A stretch of DNA of 64,000 nucleotides from Kordiimonas sp. (GCA_963921265.3 OZ001196.2:1407441-1471440); one strand, 5' to 3'; shown: positions 20,983-33,216, counted from the stretch's first letter. Notes: a model not told the origin generated them from the sequence alone. Numbers and translations: made by a program.

Positions 20983-22314
20983 ATGCGAAATCTGATGACC
21001 GGTGCGATGATGGCTTTGATGATGTCTGCGCCAAGTGTTGCGGACAGCAGTTCAAAAGAAGCTGAGCTTTATAACCAGCTTGATACTTGGGCCAACATCC
21101 TTCGGCTGGTCAGCGAAAATTATGTGGATGAAGTGGATGAAAAAGAGCTGGTTGAAGCAGCCATTCAAGGCATGCTGCGCTCGCTTGACCCACACTCAAC
21201 GTATCTGAACCCCGATGTTTATCAACAGGTTAGGGTTCAAATGGAAGGCGAATACGGCGGCCTTGGCATCGAAGTTCAAATGGAAAACGGTGTTGTTAAG
21301 GTAGTGTCCCCGATTGACGAAACACCTGCTGCTAATGCCGGCATTCAGGGCGGCGACTTGATTACCCACATTGATGGCCAGGCCGTTATGGGTAAAACTT
21401 TGACCGAAGCCGTCAAGGAAATGCGCGGCCCCGTTGGATCAGATATCACCATAACTGTTGTGCGCGAAGACGCCGTAGAACCCTTTGAGGTCGCGATCAC
21501 ACGTGAAAAGATCCTGGTGCGCTCGGTTCGTCACCGCGTGGAAGACGAGACCATCGGATATATTCGCGTCACCACATTCAATATGCAGTCTGGCGCCGGT
21601 GTTGAAGACGCAATTGAAAGTATTGTTGAAGAACTTGGCGACAATCTCGATGGCGTTATTCTGGACCTGAGGAACAACCCAGGTGGTTTGCTTGACGAGG
21701 CGATTCGCATATCAGATGCCTTTTTGGACCAGGGGGAGATTGTTTCGACCCGCGGACGCATCCAAAATAATAACAGTCGCTGGTATGCAACCAGTGGTGA
21801 CATGCTGGACGGCGTGCCTGTCGTTGTTTTGACCAATGCTTACTCAGCATCTGCATCTGAAATTGTTGCGGGGGCCCTTCAGGACCATCGCCGGGCAATC
21901 GTTCTTGGTGACCGCACTTTTGGTAAGGGTACTGTGCAAAGTGAAATCCGTTTGGGCCGCACGGGCAATCAAGCCGTTCGCCTCACTACTGCTCGCTATT
22001 TTACACCAAGCGGAAAATCCATTCAGGAACGCGGCGTAGAGCCCGATATCGAGGTTCTGTTTCCTAATCAGCGCAAAGCCAGCGCACGCCGTGAAGCTGA
22101 CCTTCAGGGCCATATTAAAAACGATCAAATCAGCCTGGATAGGGCTGGCGAGATTGACGAACCCGTACTCGAAGAACTTGATCTTGAGGAGCCCGCAGAC
22201 CCAAATGCAACCCAGCCGGATGTGCAGCTGCGATATGCTATCAAGCTTTTGAAGAACATGTCGCGCCTGCCGCAAGCACATATTGCGGAAGCGCAGCAAA
22301 CCACCAGTCGCTGA
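20983..22314 (+). CDS. ctpA: Carboxy-terminal processing protease (S41 family)
   Basis: Signal peptide, then a PDZ domain (GGLGIEV...V..PI..TPA..AGIQ.GD.I..IDG), then S41 catalytic contexts (NPGG, SASASEI.AGALQD, FGKG.VQ). An alternative start is GTG 20965. Confidence 0.85.
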   Translation: MRNLMTGAMMALMMSAPSVADSSSKEAELYNQLDTWANILRLVSENYVDEVDEKELVEAAIQGMLRSLDPHSTYLNPDVYQQVRVQMEGEYGGLGIEVQMENGVVKVVSPIDETPAANAGIQGGDLITHIDGQAVMGKTLTEAVKEMRGPVGSDITITVVREDAVEPFEVAITREKILVRSVRHRVEDETIGYIRVTTFNMQSGAGVEDAIESIVEELGDNLDGVILDLRNNPGGLLDEAIRISDAFLDQGEIVSTRGRIQNNNSRWYATSGDMLDGVPVVVLTNAYSASASEIVAGALQDHRRAIVLGDRTFGKGTVQSEIRLGRTGNQAVRLTTARYFTPSGKSIQERGVEPDIEVLFPNQRKASARREADLQGHIKNDQISLDRAGEIDEPVLEELDLEEPADPNATQPDVQLRYAIKLLKNMSRLPQAHIAEAQQTTSR

Positions 22315-22395
22315 TTAGCTTTTGGCTGTTGATTGATTCTTAAGGAATTCATGCGTATTTTCCATGCGTTAGCACAGCAATTGGCTTGAGGGTTT

Positions 22396-23388
22396 ATGCC
22401 GACAACATTCAGATCACTGGCTATCGCGTGGGCAATTTGCCTGACCATAGTGCTGGGTGGCATCACCATCCTGGAAGCCACCTATGACCCAACCGCCAAT
22501 CAACCGACGGAAAACGCGGACCAGTTGGCCGGTGTGGATGCAAACGCAGGCCCATCTGCGCCTCCGTTCCGTCCAATTCCTGTTCAAGCTTCACCGGACT
22601 TCCTGGAAATAAGTGACCATGGGCCTTTGCCAATCGTAAGCAGCAGCGGCGAGAGATCTTCAGAATATTATGCCGCTACACCCATTATGGCACCGGAAGC
22701 CGCAAAAATTGCAATTATCGTGACTGATATGGGTATGCAGTCTCGCAGAACGCGTAGAGCGCTTGCGGAAATGCCAGACAATACAACTTTTGCCTTTTCA
22801 CCGTTTGGGCAGGGCAATAGCGGTTGGGCCGAGCAGGCGCGCCGTGACAATCATGAAGTCTTGCTGATGGTGCCAATGGAACCTGTTAATTATCCGCAAG
22901 ACGACCCAGGGGTGCTGACACTATTGGTTACCAACCCACCAGACCAAAACCTCCGCTGGCTCAGGGAGTCTCTCTCTAAGCTGACCGGCTATGTTGGCGT
23001 ATTGAGCCATAAAGGCTCTCGCTTCACGGCCGCCATAGACAGCATGCGCCCAATCATGCGGGAGCTGGCTGGACGTGGTGTCATGTATGTGGACAGTCAG
23101 GCAAGCCAATATACTGTGGGACCAGAACTTGCGGCCAATGCGGGCATACCATTCGCTGTTAACAGCCGAATCGGTTTTCTGGACGAAGAGCTGTCGGCTG
23201 CAGTGATTTCAGAGCGACTGGATGAATTGGAACGACAAGCCAAACGTACTGGCTCAGCTGTTGGTCTCATTCGCCCTCTGCCAGTATCGATGAACGCTGT
23301 TAGCATATGGGCAGGCGGCCTTGAAAGCCGAGGCGCCGTATTGGTGCCCATTTCCCAGGTGGCTGGCTTGCAAACGATCGAGCCCTAG
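22396..23388 (+). CDS. Divergent polysaccharide deacetylase family protein (YibQ-like)
   Basis: N-terminal TM, IAIIVTDMG...FAFSPF......A...HEVLLMVPMEP. Lies in the conserved gpmI-envC-(ctpA)-yibQ neighbourhood. Confidence 0.75.
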   Translation: MPTTFRSLAIAWAICLTIVLGGITILEATYDPTANQPTENADQLAGVDANAGPSAPPFRPIPVQASPDFLEISDHGPLPIVSSSGERSSEYYAATPIMAPEAAKIAIIVTDMGMQSRRTRRALAEMPDNTTFAFSPFGQGNSGWAEQARRDNHEVLLMVPMEPVNYPQDDPGVLTLLVTNPPDQNLRWLRESLSKLTGYVGVLSHKGSRFTAAIDSMRPIMRELAGRGVMYVDSQASQYTVGPELAANAGIPFAVNSRIGFLDEELSAAVISERLDELERQAKRTGSAVGLIRPLPVSMNAVSIWAGGLESRGAVLVPISQVAGLQTIEP

Positions 23389-23390
23389 AG

Positions 23391-23858
23391 ATGGCACTTT
23401 CTCCCAATCTACCTTACCGACCTTGTGCGGGTATACTACTACTTAACAAGTGCAACCAGATTTTTGTAGGAGAGCGCCTTGATCGCCCTGATGCCTGGCA
23501 AATGCCGCAAGGCGGCATTGATGAGGGCGAGGCACCACAAATAGCAGCCTTTCGTGAGCTCGAGGAAGAGATCGGGGTTCGAGCCGATCAGGTCGAATTG
23601 CTTGGTCAAACCGCAGACTGGGTTCTGTATGATTTACCTGATCATCTGAAAGGTAAAATGTGGGGCGGCAAATTCGCGGGCCAGAAGCAACTGTGGTTCA
23701 AACTTCGTTTGCTTGCAGGGGATGACGCAATCAACATTCAAACCGCTCACCCGGAGTTTGGTCGCTGGAAATGGTCAGATGCGGCGACGGTAATTGACGA
23801 AATCGTTGATTTTAAGCGCAGCGTTTATCAGCAGGTTATCGGGCAACTGATGCCATAA
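23391..23858 (+). CDS. rppH: RNA pyrophosphohydrolase (Nudix)
   Basis: YRPCAGILLLN, WQMPQGGIDEGE.P..AA.REL.EE.G (the Nudix box) and FGRWKW. Confidence 0.85.
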   Translation: MALSPNLPYRPCAGILLLNKCNQIFVGERLDRPDAWQMPQGGIDEGEAPQIAAFRELEEEIGVRADQVELLGQTADWVLYDLPDHLKGKMWGGKFAGQKQLWFKLRLLAGDDAINIQTAHPEFGRWKWSDAATVIDEIVDFKRSVYQQVIGQLMP

Positions 23859-23891
23859 AAAAAGCGCCGCCACAAACGGGCAGCGCTTTTT
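23857..23891. terminator. Bidirectional rho-independent terminator (rppH / atpC)
   Basis: A7 run, stem GCGCCGCC / GGGCAGCGC (7 bp plus one mismatch), then a T5 run. It sits between convergent genes. Confidence 0.6.
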
Positions 23892-23911
23892 CAATTCAAT
23901 TGATCCAAGAC

Positions 23912-24316
23912 TTAGGAAACGATCTCGGAAAGAGCCGTCATCCAGGCTAGTTCTTTCTCAGCTGCTGCACGTGCTACATCATCCGCAGCAGCGTTTAAAT
24001 TTGCTTCCGCCTCAGCAATTTTTGCGCCCAGATCAGCAGCATCAACTTCTTCAAGCTGAATCGCTTCCTCAGCTAGAATGGTAAGACCGTCTGGACTAAT
24101 TTGTGCGAGGCCACCTTTGACAAACAAACGCTCAGCGTCGCCGCCTTCGGTTTCAAATATCTCAACCACACCGGGGCGGATCGTCGACATCATTGGTGCA
24201 TGCTGCGGCATTGCTGCAAAGTCACCATCAGTGCCTGGGACCACTACCATAGCGGCCTGAGCGTCTTTCAAAAGACGCTCTGGAGAGACAATTTCATAAC
24301 GAAGCATATCAGCCAT
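23912..24316 (-). CDS. atpC: F1 ATP synthase subunit epsilon
   Basis: 134 aa, last gene of the atpHAGDC operon. Contains VSPE.......A..VVVPG.DG.F and PGVVEI. Confidence 0.9.
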   Translation of the reverse strand: MADMLRYEIVSPERLLKDAQAAMVVVPGTDGDFAAMPQHAPMMSTIRPGVVEIFETEGGDAERLFVKGGLAQISPDGLTILAEEAIQLEEVDAADLGAKIAEAEANLNAAADDVARAAAEKELAWMTALSEIVS

Positions 24317-24335
24317 GATATTTGGCCTTCCTTAC

Positions 24336-25757
<1,422 letters not shown>

Positions 25758-25780
25758 TTACACTCCTTCGTGCAATCTAC

Positions 25781-26674
25781 TTAAAGCGCCTCAGCGCCTG
25801 AAATAATTTCAATCAATTCACTAGTGATGTTTGCCTGACGGGTCCTGTTGTAGGTTATCGTCAAGCGGTCAATCATATCGCCTGCGTTACGAGTGGCGTT
25901 ATCCATCGCCGTCATACGCGCGCCCTGTTCAGATGCTGCATTTTCCAGAAGCCCACGATAAATCTGTACCGCAACATTACGTGGCAGCAGGTCATCAAGA
26001 ATGGCTTCTTCGCTTGGCTCGTAATCATACACCGCACCAGCAAGGTCGTCTTCAGCATCGTTTTCGTTCGCGGCATCATCAAGAGAAGCCGGAATGAGCT
26101 GTTGCTTGGTCGTCACCTGTACCAGGGCAGATTGGAACTTGGCATAAAACAGCGTTGCAACATCGAACTCGCCGCGCTCGAACATGGCAAGCACTTCAGC
26201 GGCAATCGGCTGGGCATCACCAAAGCCAAGACGCTTGGCAGCGGACATATCCTTCAGACCGATGATCTTGTCTTCGAACTCACGGCGCAAAACCACATGG
26301 CCCTTTTTGCCAATGCAAAGGATTTTGACTGTCTTGCCAGCTTCAACCAGTTTCGAAATGTGAGCACGAGCAGCTTTTACGATGTTGGTATTAAAACCAC
26401 CACACAGACCGCGCTCCGAAGTTGCCACGATAACGAGCTGCACATCATCAGACCCAGTGCCCGCCAACAAAGGCGAAGCACCCGGCTGATCCTTGACCGC
26501 TTGGCCAAGGCCGTTCAGCACTTTTTCCATCCGCTCAGCGTAAGGACGCGCAGCTTCTGCTGCTTCCTGTGCCCGGCGCAGCTTGGATGCCGCAACCATT
26601 TTCATGGCTTTGGTAATCTTCTGCGTAGACTTAACAGAATTGATGCGGATTTTTAGGTCTTTAAGGCTTGGCAT
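25781..26674 (-). CDS. atpG: F1 ATP synthase subunit gamma
   Basis: [34 protein letters not shown] and a C-terminal [15 protein letters not shown]. Confidence 0.95.
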   Translation of the reverse strand: MPSLKDLKIRINSVKSTQKITKAMKMVAASKLRRAQEAAEAARPYAERMEKVLNGLGQAVKDQPGASPLLAGTGSDDVQLVIVATSERGLCGGFNTNIVKAARAHISKLVEAGKTVKILCIGKKGHVVLRREFEDKIIGLKDMSAAKRLGFGDAQPIAAEVLAMFERGEFDVATLFYAKFQSALVQVTTKQQLIPASLDDAANENDAEDDLAGAVYDYEPSEEAILDDLLPRNVAVQIYRGLLENAASEQGARMTAMDNATRNAGDMIDRLTITYNRTRQANITSELIEIISGAEAL

Positions 26675-26698
26675 AGCTCAGCCTCTCCTATCCGGTTC

Positions 26699-28231
26699 TT
26701 AGCTAAACGACTTCGCAAATGCGTCCAAGATTGATTTCAGGCTTGAAATCGTATCATCAGACAGTTTCTTCTCACCGCGGATTGCTTCCAAAACATCTGC
26801 GTGCTTGGCGCGCACCTCTGCGAGGAACTGCTCCTCAAAACGCGTCACATCGGTCGTCGCAATGCCGTCGAGGTAACCGTTCACACCAGCGAAGATGGAT
26901 ACAACCTGTTCTTCAACCGGGAGCGGGCTGTATTGGCCTTGCTTCAAAAGTTCAGTCAGACGGGCGCCGCGGTTCAACAGCTGCTGCGTTGCAGCATCAA
27001 GGTCCGAACCAAACTGCGCGAAAGCTTCCATCTCACGGTACTGAGCAAGCTCAAGCTTAATCGAGCCGGCAACCTGTTTCATCGCCTTGATTTGCGCCGC
27101 AGAACCCACACGAGATACAGACAGACCCACGTTAATTGCAGGACGGATACCTTTATAGAACAGTTCCGTCTCAAGGAAGATTTGGCCGTCGGTAATGGAA
27201 ATCACGTTCGTTGGGATATATGCAGATACGTCACCAGCCTGCGTTTCAATCACTGGAAGTGCCGTTAGCGAGCCACCACCCGATGCGTCAGACATTTTCG
27301 CTGCACGCTCCAGAAGACGGCTGTGCAGGTAAAATACGTCACCTGGGTATGCTTCACGTCCTGGAGGACGGCGAAGCAGCAGAGACATCTGACGATAAGC
27401 AACAGCCTGCTTGGTCAGGTCATCATGTACGATCACAGCGTGCATGCCGTTATCACGGAAAAACTCGCCCATTGCTGTACCGGTGTACGGCGCGAGGAAC
27501 TGCATTGGTGCAGGCTCGGACGCGGTTGCAGCAACAACAATTGAGTATTCAAGGGCGCCGTTTTCTTCAAGCGACTTAACGATTTGTGCAACCGTGGACC
27601 GCTTTTGACCAACCGCAACATAGATGCAGAAAAGCTTGCCGCTATCGTCAGCAGCAGCGTCATTTGTTGGCTTCTGGTTAATGAAAGTGTCAATCGCAAC
27701 CGCAGTTTTACCAGTTTGGCGGTCACCGATGATCAATTCCCGCTGTCCACGACCAACAGGCACAAGTGCATCAATCGCCTTCAGGCCGGACTGCATCGGC
27801 TCAAAAACTGACTGACGTGGAATAATGCCAGGCGCTTTCACTTCAACCCGCGAGCGCGTTACATCTTCCAGTGGGCCTTTACCGTCAATTGGGTTTCCGA
27901 GGCCGTCTACCACACGACCCAGAAGACCTTTACCAACTGGCACGTCCACGATAGCGCCGGTCCGCTTAACGGTGTCGCCTTCTTTAATGCCACGGTCATC
28001 ACCAAAAATAACGATACCAACGTTATCGCTTTCCAGGTTCAGCGCCATACCTTTGACACCGCCTGGGAATTCAACCATCTCACCAGCTTGCACCTGGTCG
28101 AGGCCGTAAACACGGGCAATACCGTCACCTACAGAAAGAACGGTGCCGACTTCAGAAACTTCAGCGTCCGTTCCAAAATTTGCGATCTGATCTTTAAGGA
28201 TCTTAGAGATTTCCGCTGCACGGATATCCAT
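26699..28231 (-). CDS. atpA: F1 ATP synthase subunit alpha
   Basis: Walker [10 protein letters not shown] and the canonical alpha-subunit sequence. It shares a TAATG stop/start overlap with atpH. Confidence 0.97.
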   Translation of the reverse strand: MDIRAAEISKILKDQIANFGTDAEVSEVGTVLSVGDGIARVYGLDQVQAGEMVEFPGGVKGMALNLESDNVGIVIFGDDRGIKEGDTVKRTGAIVDVPVGKGLLGRVVDGLGNPIDGKGPLEDVTRSRVEVKAPGIIPRQSVFEPMQSGLKAIDALVPVGRGQRELIIGDRQTGKTAVAIDTFINQKPTNDAAADDSGKLFCIYVAVGQKRSTVAQIVKSLEENGALEYSIVVAATASEPAPMQFLAPYTGTAMGEFFRDNGMHAVIVHDDLTKQAVAYRQMSLLLRRPPGREAYPGDVFYLHSRLLERAAKMSDASGGGSLTALPVIETQAGDVSAYIPTNVISITDGQIFLETELFYKGIRPAINVGLSVSRVGSAAQIKAMKQVAGSIKLELAQYREMEAFAQFGSDLDAATQQLLNRGARLTELLKQGQYSPLPVEEQVVSIFAGVNGYLDGIATTDVTRFEEQFLAEVRAKHADVLEAIRGEKKLSDDTISSLKSILDAFAKSFS

Positions 28232-28791
28232 TATTGAACCCCTTTCATAGCGATTGCGAGGTTGTCGAGTTTGGTTTTCAAAGAGCTATCGATCATTCGA
28301 GAGCCCACTTTTACTTTCAATCCGCCCAGCAGGCTTTCGTCAACGATCTCATCAATCGCAACGTCCTGACCAAGGGCAGATTTCAAATTCTTTTGCAGAG
28401 CTTTTGACTGGGTCGCTGTCAACTTCGCAGCGCTGGTTACACTTGCGCTTACTTCACCGCGTTTGTCAGCAACCAAGCTGTCAAAGGCGTCGAGAATAGA
28501 GCTGAGTGACGTCAAACGCCGATTCGCAGCAAGCACACCCAGGAATTTTCCTGTAAGGGCGTTGAAGCTGGCTTTTTCTGCAACTGCAGCCACACCCTTT
28601 GCCTGATCCTCACTGGAAACAACGGGTGATGCCACCAAGGCGCCCAAATCGTCGCTCTCGGTCAGCATGGTACGGAGGCTTGCAAAATCAGCCTCAACGG
28701 CTTGCAACGTATTGTTTTCATTGGCGAGGTCAAAAATTGCCAGCGCATAGCGGCCAGACAAACCAGAAACAATCGCTTTGTGCGAGGTCAC
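28231..28791 (-). CDS. atpH: F1 ATP synthase subunit delta (OSCP)
   Basis: The start is placed at GTG 28791 (GGGGA lies 8-9 nt upstream), giving ~186 aa beginning [22 protein letters not shown], the typical delta N-terminus. The ORF-track start at 28968 would add 59 atypical residues. Confidence 0.85.
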   Translation of the reverse strand: MTSHKAIVSGLSGRYALAIFDLANENNTLQAVEADFASLRTMLTESDDLGALVASPVVSSEDQAKGVAAVAEKASFNALTGKFLGVLAANRRLTSLSSILDAFDSLVADKRGEVSASVTSAAKLTATQSKALQKNLKSALGQDVAIDEIVDESLLGGLKVKVGSRMIDSSLKTKLDNLAIAMKGVQ

Positions 28792-29058
28792 GTCAGACGT
28801 CCCCTGAAGTAATGACAGAACCTGTCGGCTCGAAAATGCGAGAGGCCCAGAACGAGCACCTCTCACGCTCAAAATGTATGACTGCTTCAATCCAAGGATT
28901 TCTCTTGAATTTGGCGCTAGCCAGCCAAAATGCGTGCTCCCTCTAGCATAGAGATTTGGCCCTTGCAAGCGGGCATATTAAGAGAATCCGGAATCTCTAT
29001 GATGGCGTTGAAATACGCTCTCGATACCGGCGCTTTTTAGTTGGCAGAAACGTAGCAT

Positions 29059-31278
29059 TCAAAGAAAACTGTGAGGGTCTACATCAATCTTCAATTTCAC
29101 GCCTTTTTCAGGCTTTGCCGCTCGCACCCAATCGCGTACTATTCCTTGCAAACCGGCCCTTTTTACACTGTGGACCAGCATTCGCACGCGGTGAAGGCCG
29201 CGTATTCTTGCAAGGGGTGCCGGGGCTGGGCCCAGAAACTGCACACCTTGCAATGCCGGTGCGGCTGCGGCCAAACGGCGGCCATATTCCAACACATCCT
29301 TCAATTCAGGCCCCGAAAGCACCAAAGCAGCCAGCTGCCCAAAAGGTGGCATGGCATGACGCTCCCGAGATTCGCGCTCAGCCTTCATAAAAGTATCACC
29401 GTCGCCACTCAGCAGCGCTTGCACCACTGGGTGCTCAGGTTCATAGGTCTGCAGCAAAACTTTACCGGGCTTTTCCGCGCGCCCTGCGCGCCCAGCAACC
29501 TGGACAAGTTGCTGGTATGTACGCTCACCAGCGCGTAAGTCGCCTCCTCTCAGGCCCAAATCGGCATCCACAACACCCACGAGCGTCAGATTCGGAAAAT
29601 GATATCCTTTCGTCACGATTTGAGTGCCGATCACTATATCAACAGCGCCCGCCGCAATCTGACCCACCATGTGCGCGGTTTGGCGCGGATTGGTCATTGT
29701 GTCGCTGGTCATCACACTGATGCGCGCGTCGGGAAACAGGGCTGTTGCCTCTTCAAACAATCTCTCGGCGCCGGGACCGCACGCGACCAGCGAATCCTCA
29801 GACTTACATTCGGGGCAAACTTCCGGCGTTGGCTGAGTAAATCCACATTGGTGACACTGGAGTTCTCGCCGGAAGCGATGCTCAACAAGCCAAGCCGAAC
29901 AGCTTGGGCATTCAATGCGGTGTCCACATGTGCGGCATAGCGTCAGCGGTGCATACCCACGCCTGTTGAGAAACAACATTACTTGTTCTCCAGCAGCGAG
30001 TGTTTTCTCCATTGCGTCTTTGAGTGGCGGCGCAATCCAACTGCCCGCCGCCAGGGCATCACTTCGCAGGTCAACAGCCTGCATCGCTGGCAACACGGCT
30101 GCACCAAAACGCTCACGCAATATCAGCTTTTTGTATTTACCATCGTTTGCATTGACGAGGGTCTCCAGTGACGGCGTTGCACTTGCCAGCACAATAGGAC
30201 ACGCCGCAAACTTGGCGCGCACAACGGCCATGTCGCGGGCGTGATATAAAACGCCCTCTTCTTGCTTAAACGACGGATCATGTTCTTCATCAACAGTAAT
30301 GAAGGCCAGTCGCTTGAAGGGTAGAAAAAGGGCAGATCGTGCACCTACAACAACTCTCGCTTCTCCGCTGGCCACGGCCCGCCACGCACGGCGGCGCTGC
30401 GCCATACCAATGCCTGAGTGCCATACCACGGGCGTGACGCCAAAACGGGCCTCAAACCGGCTGAGCCATTGTGCTGTAAGGGCAATTTCCGGCACCAAAA
30501 CCAAAACTTGCGTGCCTGCCTCTTTAAGGGCTTCCACAAGTCCCTCAAAATACACCTCCGTCTTGCCGGAGCCAGTGATTCCGTCTAGCAAAAACGGCTT
30601 GAAACCACCTTGCCACACCTGATTCGAGATGGCCTCAGATGCGCGTTGCTGCTCCTGCGAAAGATCAGGGCCCTCAATTCCCATATCCGGTTGTGCAAAG
30701 GGTGCGTCGACTGAAACCTCAACTGGTGTCAGCGCACCAGCTTTCGCAAGTCCCTGCACGACGGCAGTAGAGGTGCCAGCACGCTCTGCGAGTGCTGACG
30801 CCGCCAGTGGCATATCTTGTAACGCTGCACTGAGCACTGCCTCCCGGGCATCCGTCATGCGCAGAGCTTCAGGTAAGTCGGCTTTCAAATAGTGCGTTTT
30901 AACTGGCACATCGCCCAGTGCAGCAGGCACCGACAAACACATGCGCAGGACCGCGCCCTGCGAAGACAAGGTATAGGCCGCGACCCAATCGACAAATTTC
31001 ATAAGATCGTCTGCCATAGGGGGCAGCGTCAGAACCGACTCGATCGGCTTCAGCTTGCCAATCGGTAACGATTTGCCGGTTGGGTCAGCAGATGGCCATA
31101 CCACACCAAGCGCAGAGCGACCGGAGAGGGGCACGCGCACAAGCGCGCCTGGCGCAGGCAGGTCAAAGTCATCAGGCAATCGGTAATCCAAAGGACCTTT
31201 TAGCGGCAACGGCAGCAGGACCGACAGGCGCATATGCTCCTGCGAAGGCTCTCCCAAATCCATTGCCTGTTGATTCAT
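29059..31278 (-). CDS. priA: Primosomal replication restart helicase PriA
   Basis: DExH helicase motifs (LLDGITGSGKTEVY, DEEHD), the Cys-rich zinc region (CRTCGHRIECPSCSAWLVEH...CHQCG....CPEC) and GTQIVTKGYHFP. Start is ATG 31278, or ATG 31233. Confidence 0.9.
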   Translation of the reverse strand: MNQQAMDLGEPSQEHMRLSVLLPLPLKGPLDYRLPDDFDLPAPGALVRVPLSGRSALGVVWPSADPTGKSLPIGKLKPIESVLTLPPMADDLMKFVDWVAAYTLSSQGAVLRMCLSVPAALGDVPVKTHYLKADLPEALRMTDAREAVLSAALQDMPLAASALAERAGTSTAVVQGLAKAGALTPVEVSVDAPFAQPDMGIEGPDLSQEQQRASEAISNQVWQGGFKPFLLDGITGSGKTEVYFEGLVEALKEAGTQVLVLVPEIALTAQWLSRFEARFGVTPVVWHSGIGMAQRRRAWRAVASGEARVVVGARSALFLPFKRLAFITVDEEHDPSFKQEEGVLYHARDMAVVRAKFAACPIVLASATPSLETLVNANDGKYKKLILRERFGAAVLPAMQAVDLRSDALAAGSWIAPPLKDAMEKTLAAGEQVMLFLNRRGYAPLTLCRTCGHRIECPSCSAWLVEHRFRRELQCHQCGFTQPTPEVCPECKSEDSLVACGPGAERLFEEATALFPDARISVMTSDTMTNPRQTAHMVGQIAAGAVDIVIGTQIVTKGYHFPNLTLVGVVDADLGLRGGDLRAGERTYQQLVQVAGRAGRAEKPGKVLLQTYEPEHPVVQALLSGDGDTFMKAERESRERHAMPPFGQLAALVLSGPELKDVLEYGRRLAAAAPALQGVQFLGPAPAPLARIRGLHRVRMLVHSVKRAGLQGIVRDWVRAAKPEKGVKLKIDVDPHSFL

Positions 31279-31436
31279 ATGATGGGCCTTTTCCCGATTA
31301 ATTCCTGACCATAAGAAAGCAGCAGCGCCATCGCAATCACCCATTAAGCTTGAATTTCGTGCTATTCTTAGTTAAGCGCAGGCAAGCACTGCGTACTGCC
31401 GCAGATTTGCATTCCTTTAATGCCCAGGAGTCCACA

Positions 31437-32090
31437 ATGAAATTCTTCCTCGACACAGCCAACATCGATGAAATTCGCGAAGCCAACGCAACCGGCCTTC
31501 TGGACGGCGTGACAACAAACCCGTCGCTTATCAAAAAGGCGAATCGCGATTTTTTTGAGGTGATCGGGGAAATTGCCAAAGAGGTTGAGGGCCCGGTGTC
31601 CGCAGAAACAACAGCGCACGACCATGAGACCATGCTGAAGGAAGGCCTGAAGTGCGCCAAGATTGCAGACAATATCGCAGTGAAAGTACCGCTGACAATT
31701 GATGGCTTGAAAACATGCAAAGCCCTGCGTGCAGAAGGCATCATGGTGAATGTGACCCTGTGTTTCTCTGCCAATCAGGCGCTTCTGGCCGCCAAAGCGG
31801 GTGCAACTTTCATTTCGCCTTTTGTTGGTCGCCATGACGACGTGGGCTTTGACGGCATGGAGCTGATTGAAGATATCCGAACCATCTACGACAATTACGA
31901 TTTCGAAACCGAAATCCTTGTGGCTTCGGTTCGTCATCCGGTCCATGTGCTTGAAAGCGCACGCATAGGCGCTGATGTGGCTACTTTCCCGTGGGCGGTA
32001 ATGCAGAAGCTCTTTAACCATCCATTGACAGTTAGTGGCCTCGCAGGTTTCGACAAAGACTGGGCCGCAACCGGATTTTCTATTCTCTAA
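31437..32090 (+). CDS. tal: Short-type transaldolase / fructose-6-phosphate aldolase family (217 aa)
   Basis: ATG 31437 follows CAGGAG. Contains [16 protein letters not shown]...[12 protein letters not shown] and the Schiff-base lysine context AVKVP. Confidence 0.9.
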   Translation: MKFFLDTANIDEIREANATGLLDGVTTNPSLIKKANRDFFEVIGEIAKEVEGPVSAETTAHDHETMLKEGLKCAKIADNIAVKVPLTIDGLKTCKALRAEGIMVNVTLCFSANQALLAAKAGATFISPFVGRHDDVGFDGMELIEDIRTIYDNYDFETEILVASVRHPVHVLESARIGADVATFPWAVMQKLFNHPLTVSGLAGFDKDWAATGFSIL

Positions 32091-32096
32091 GCAACA

Positions 32097-32756
32097 ATGA
32101 TCCAAAGTGCTTTGGAGAAACTACACCAGGCCACAGAGTGGCCTGACACAGAAGGTGTGCCGCCATGGGATTATACGCTTGGCGGGCGTGGGCGAGAACT
32201 CGTTGACAAGGTGATCCATGAAGTGGAAGCCGGACTTTTGCTGGAGATCGGCTGCTTCCTGTGCGCGTCAACGCGCCGTTGGCTGTCACAGCATCCGAAG
32301 CTGAAAGTGATCGGTGTTGACCCCTGGGACGATGACCTCATTCGTCAGGTGGGACGCTATATCGGGCGCCCCAATCTGACGCGCAAATACCCGGAGCGCG
32401 CAACGCAGATGCGAATGCTGGCGGACATCACCAACAATAAACCTTTTCCAACCGCCATGGCCAATGTGATTGGCTTCAAAGATCGCTTCATCCCTTACCG
32501 TGGCTGGTCCCCAGAAGCGCTCAGGGAACTTAAGGACAGGGGCATTGAACCCGACGTCATCTATATCGACTGCGACAAAAAACCGGATGAGCTTGAGGTC
32601 AGCCATGAGCTTTGGCCGGGTGCACGTATTACAGGCGATGACTGGCACTGGAGCAGGACAAAGGGCTATCCGATGCGGCAGGTTGTCTATGCCTTCGCAG
32701 AGAAACATGGCTTTTCAGTTGAGGCTGAAGGGGCGACCTGGATTTTAAACCCCTAG
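32097..32756 (+). CDS. Hypothetical protein with degenerate class I methyltransferase-like fold
   Basis: 219 aa. LLLEIGCFLCAS (motif I position without the Gly-rich loop), VIGVDPW, DVIYIDCDK. The start lies 7 nt after the tal stop. Confidence 0.45.
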   Translation: MIQSALEKLHQATEWPDTEGVPPWDYTLGGRGRELVDKVIHEVEAGLLLEIGCFLCASTRRWLSQHPKLKVIGVDPWDDDLIRQVGRYIGRPNLTRKYPERATQMRMLADITNNKPFPTAMANVIGFKDRFIPYRGWSPEALRELKDRGIEPDVIYIDCDKKPDELEVSHELWPGARITGDDWHWSRTKGYPMRQVVYAFAEKHGFSVEAEGATWILNP

Positions 32757-32932
32757 ACAAATTCACACCTTGCGCCTACATAAGCTTCAACGACTTATGG
32801 AGCGTTTTTGATTTACTTCGCAGAGACCCGCTAAAGCCTGCCCCTCAACCAAGTTGAGCTGGCAGGTCAATAGAACCCCTCCTCCACACACGTGGACGGA
32901 GCAGCAATTCTATTGTGCGGAGCGAAACCCCT

Positions 32933-33190
32933 GTGAATATTTCAAAATCAGAACAACGTGCGCTGCATGCCTTGGCGCAGGGCGGACGTATATTAATTGA
33001 GCGCGACGAGCGCCGAAAAATCAATAAAGCAAGCTGCGTGAACCGCGAAGGCTGGTATTTGTCCGGCTTTTCAATTGAGCTTTTCAAACGGCTGAAACGC
33101 AGGCGTTTTATCGCGAGCCGTGGTGGTGGCCCCTACCGGATCACCATGCATGGACTTATAAGTGTGAGAGCGCAACTTGATAACAGGTAG
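32933..33190 (+). CDS. yjhX: YjhX/TopAI-family toxin (UPF0386)
   Basis: 85 aa from GTG 32933: VNISKSEQRALHALAQGGRI...FKRLKRRRFI.S..GGPYRIT..GL.SVRAQLDNR. It is collinear with E. coli YjhX ([20 protein letters not shown]...PYRI...VRAQ.DNR). Confidence 0.85.
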   Translation: MNISKSEQRALHALAQGGRILIERDERRKINKASCVNREGWYLSGFSIELFKRLKRRRFIASRGGGPYRITMHGLISVRAQLDNR

Positions 33191-33216
33191 TGTTGGGCGG
33201 CCGAGAGGCCGTCCAA

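Noticed and set aside
28792-28968. Several ORF-track entries have long N-terminal extensions: atpH, qor (38691-38882), purE (34803-34910), efp (49423-49497), tal (31350-31436) and TIGR02444 (35897-36025).
   Set aside because: In each case an internal start with a Shine-Dalgarno sequence gives the family-typical N-terminus. The extension overlaps a neighbouring gene or promoter, so these were treated as ORF-caller artefacts and not as novel domains.
31368-32105. A 245-aa minus-strand ORF is almost coextensive with tal.
   Set aside because: It is a shadow ORF opposite a well-supported transaldolase-family gene. It has no family signature and an odd Cys/His-rich composition.
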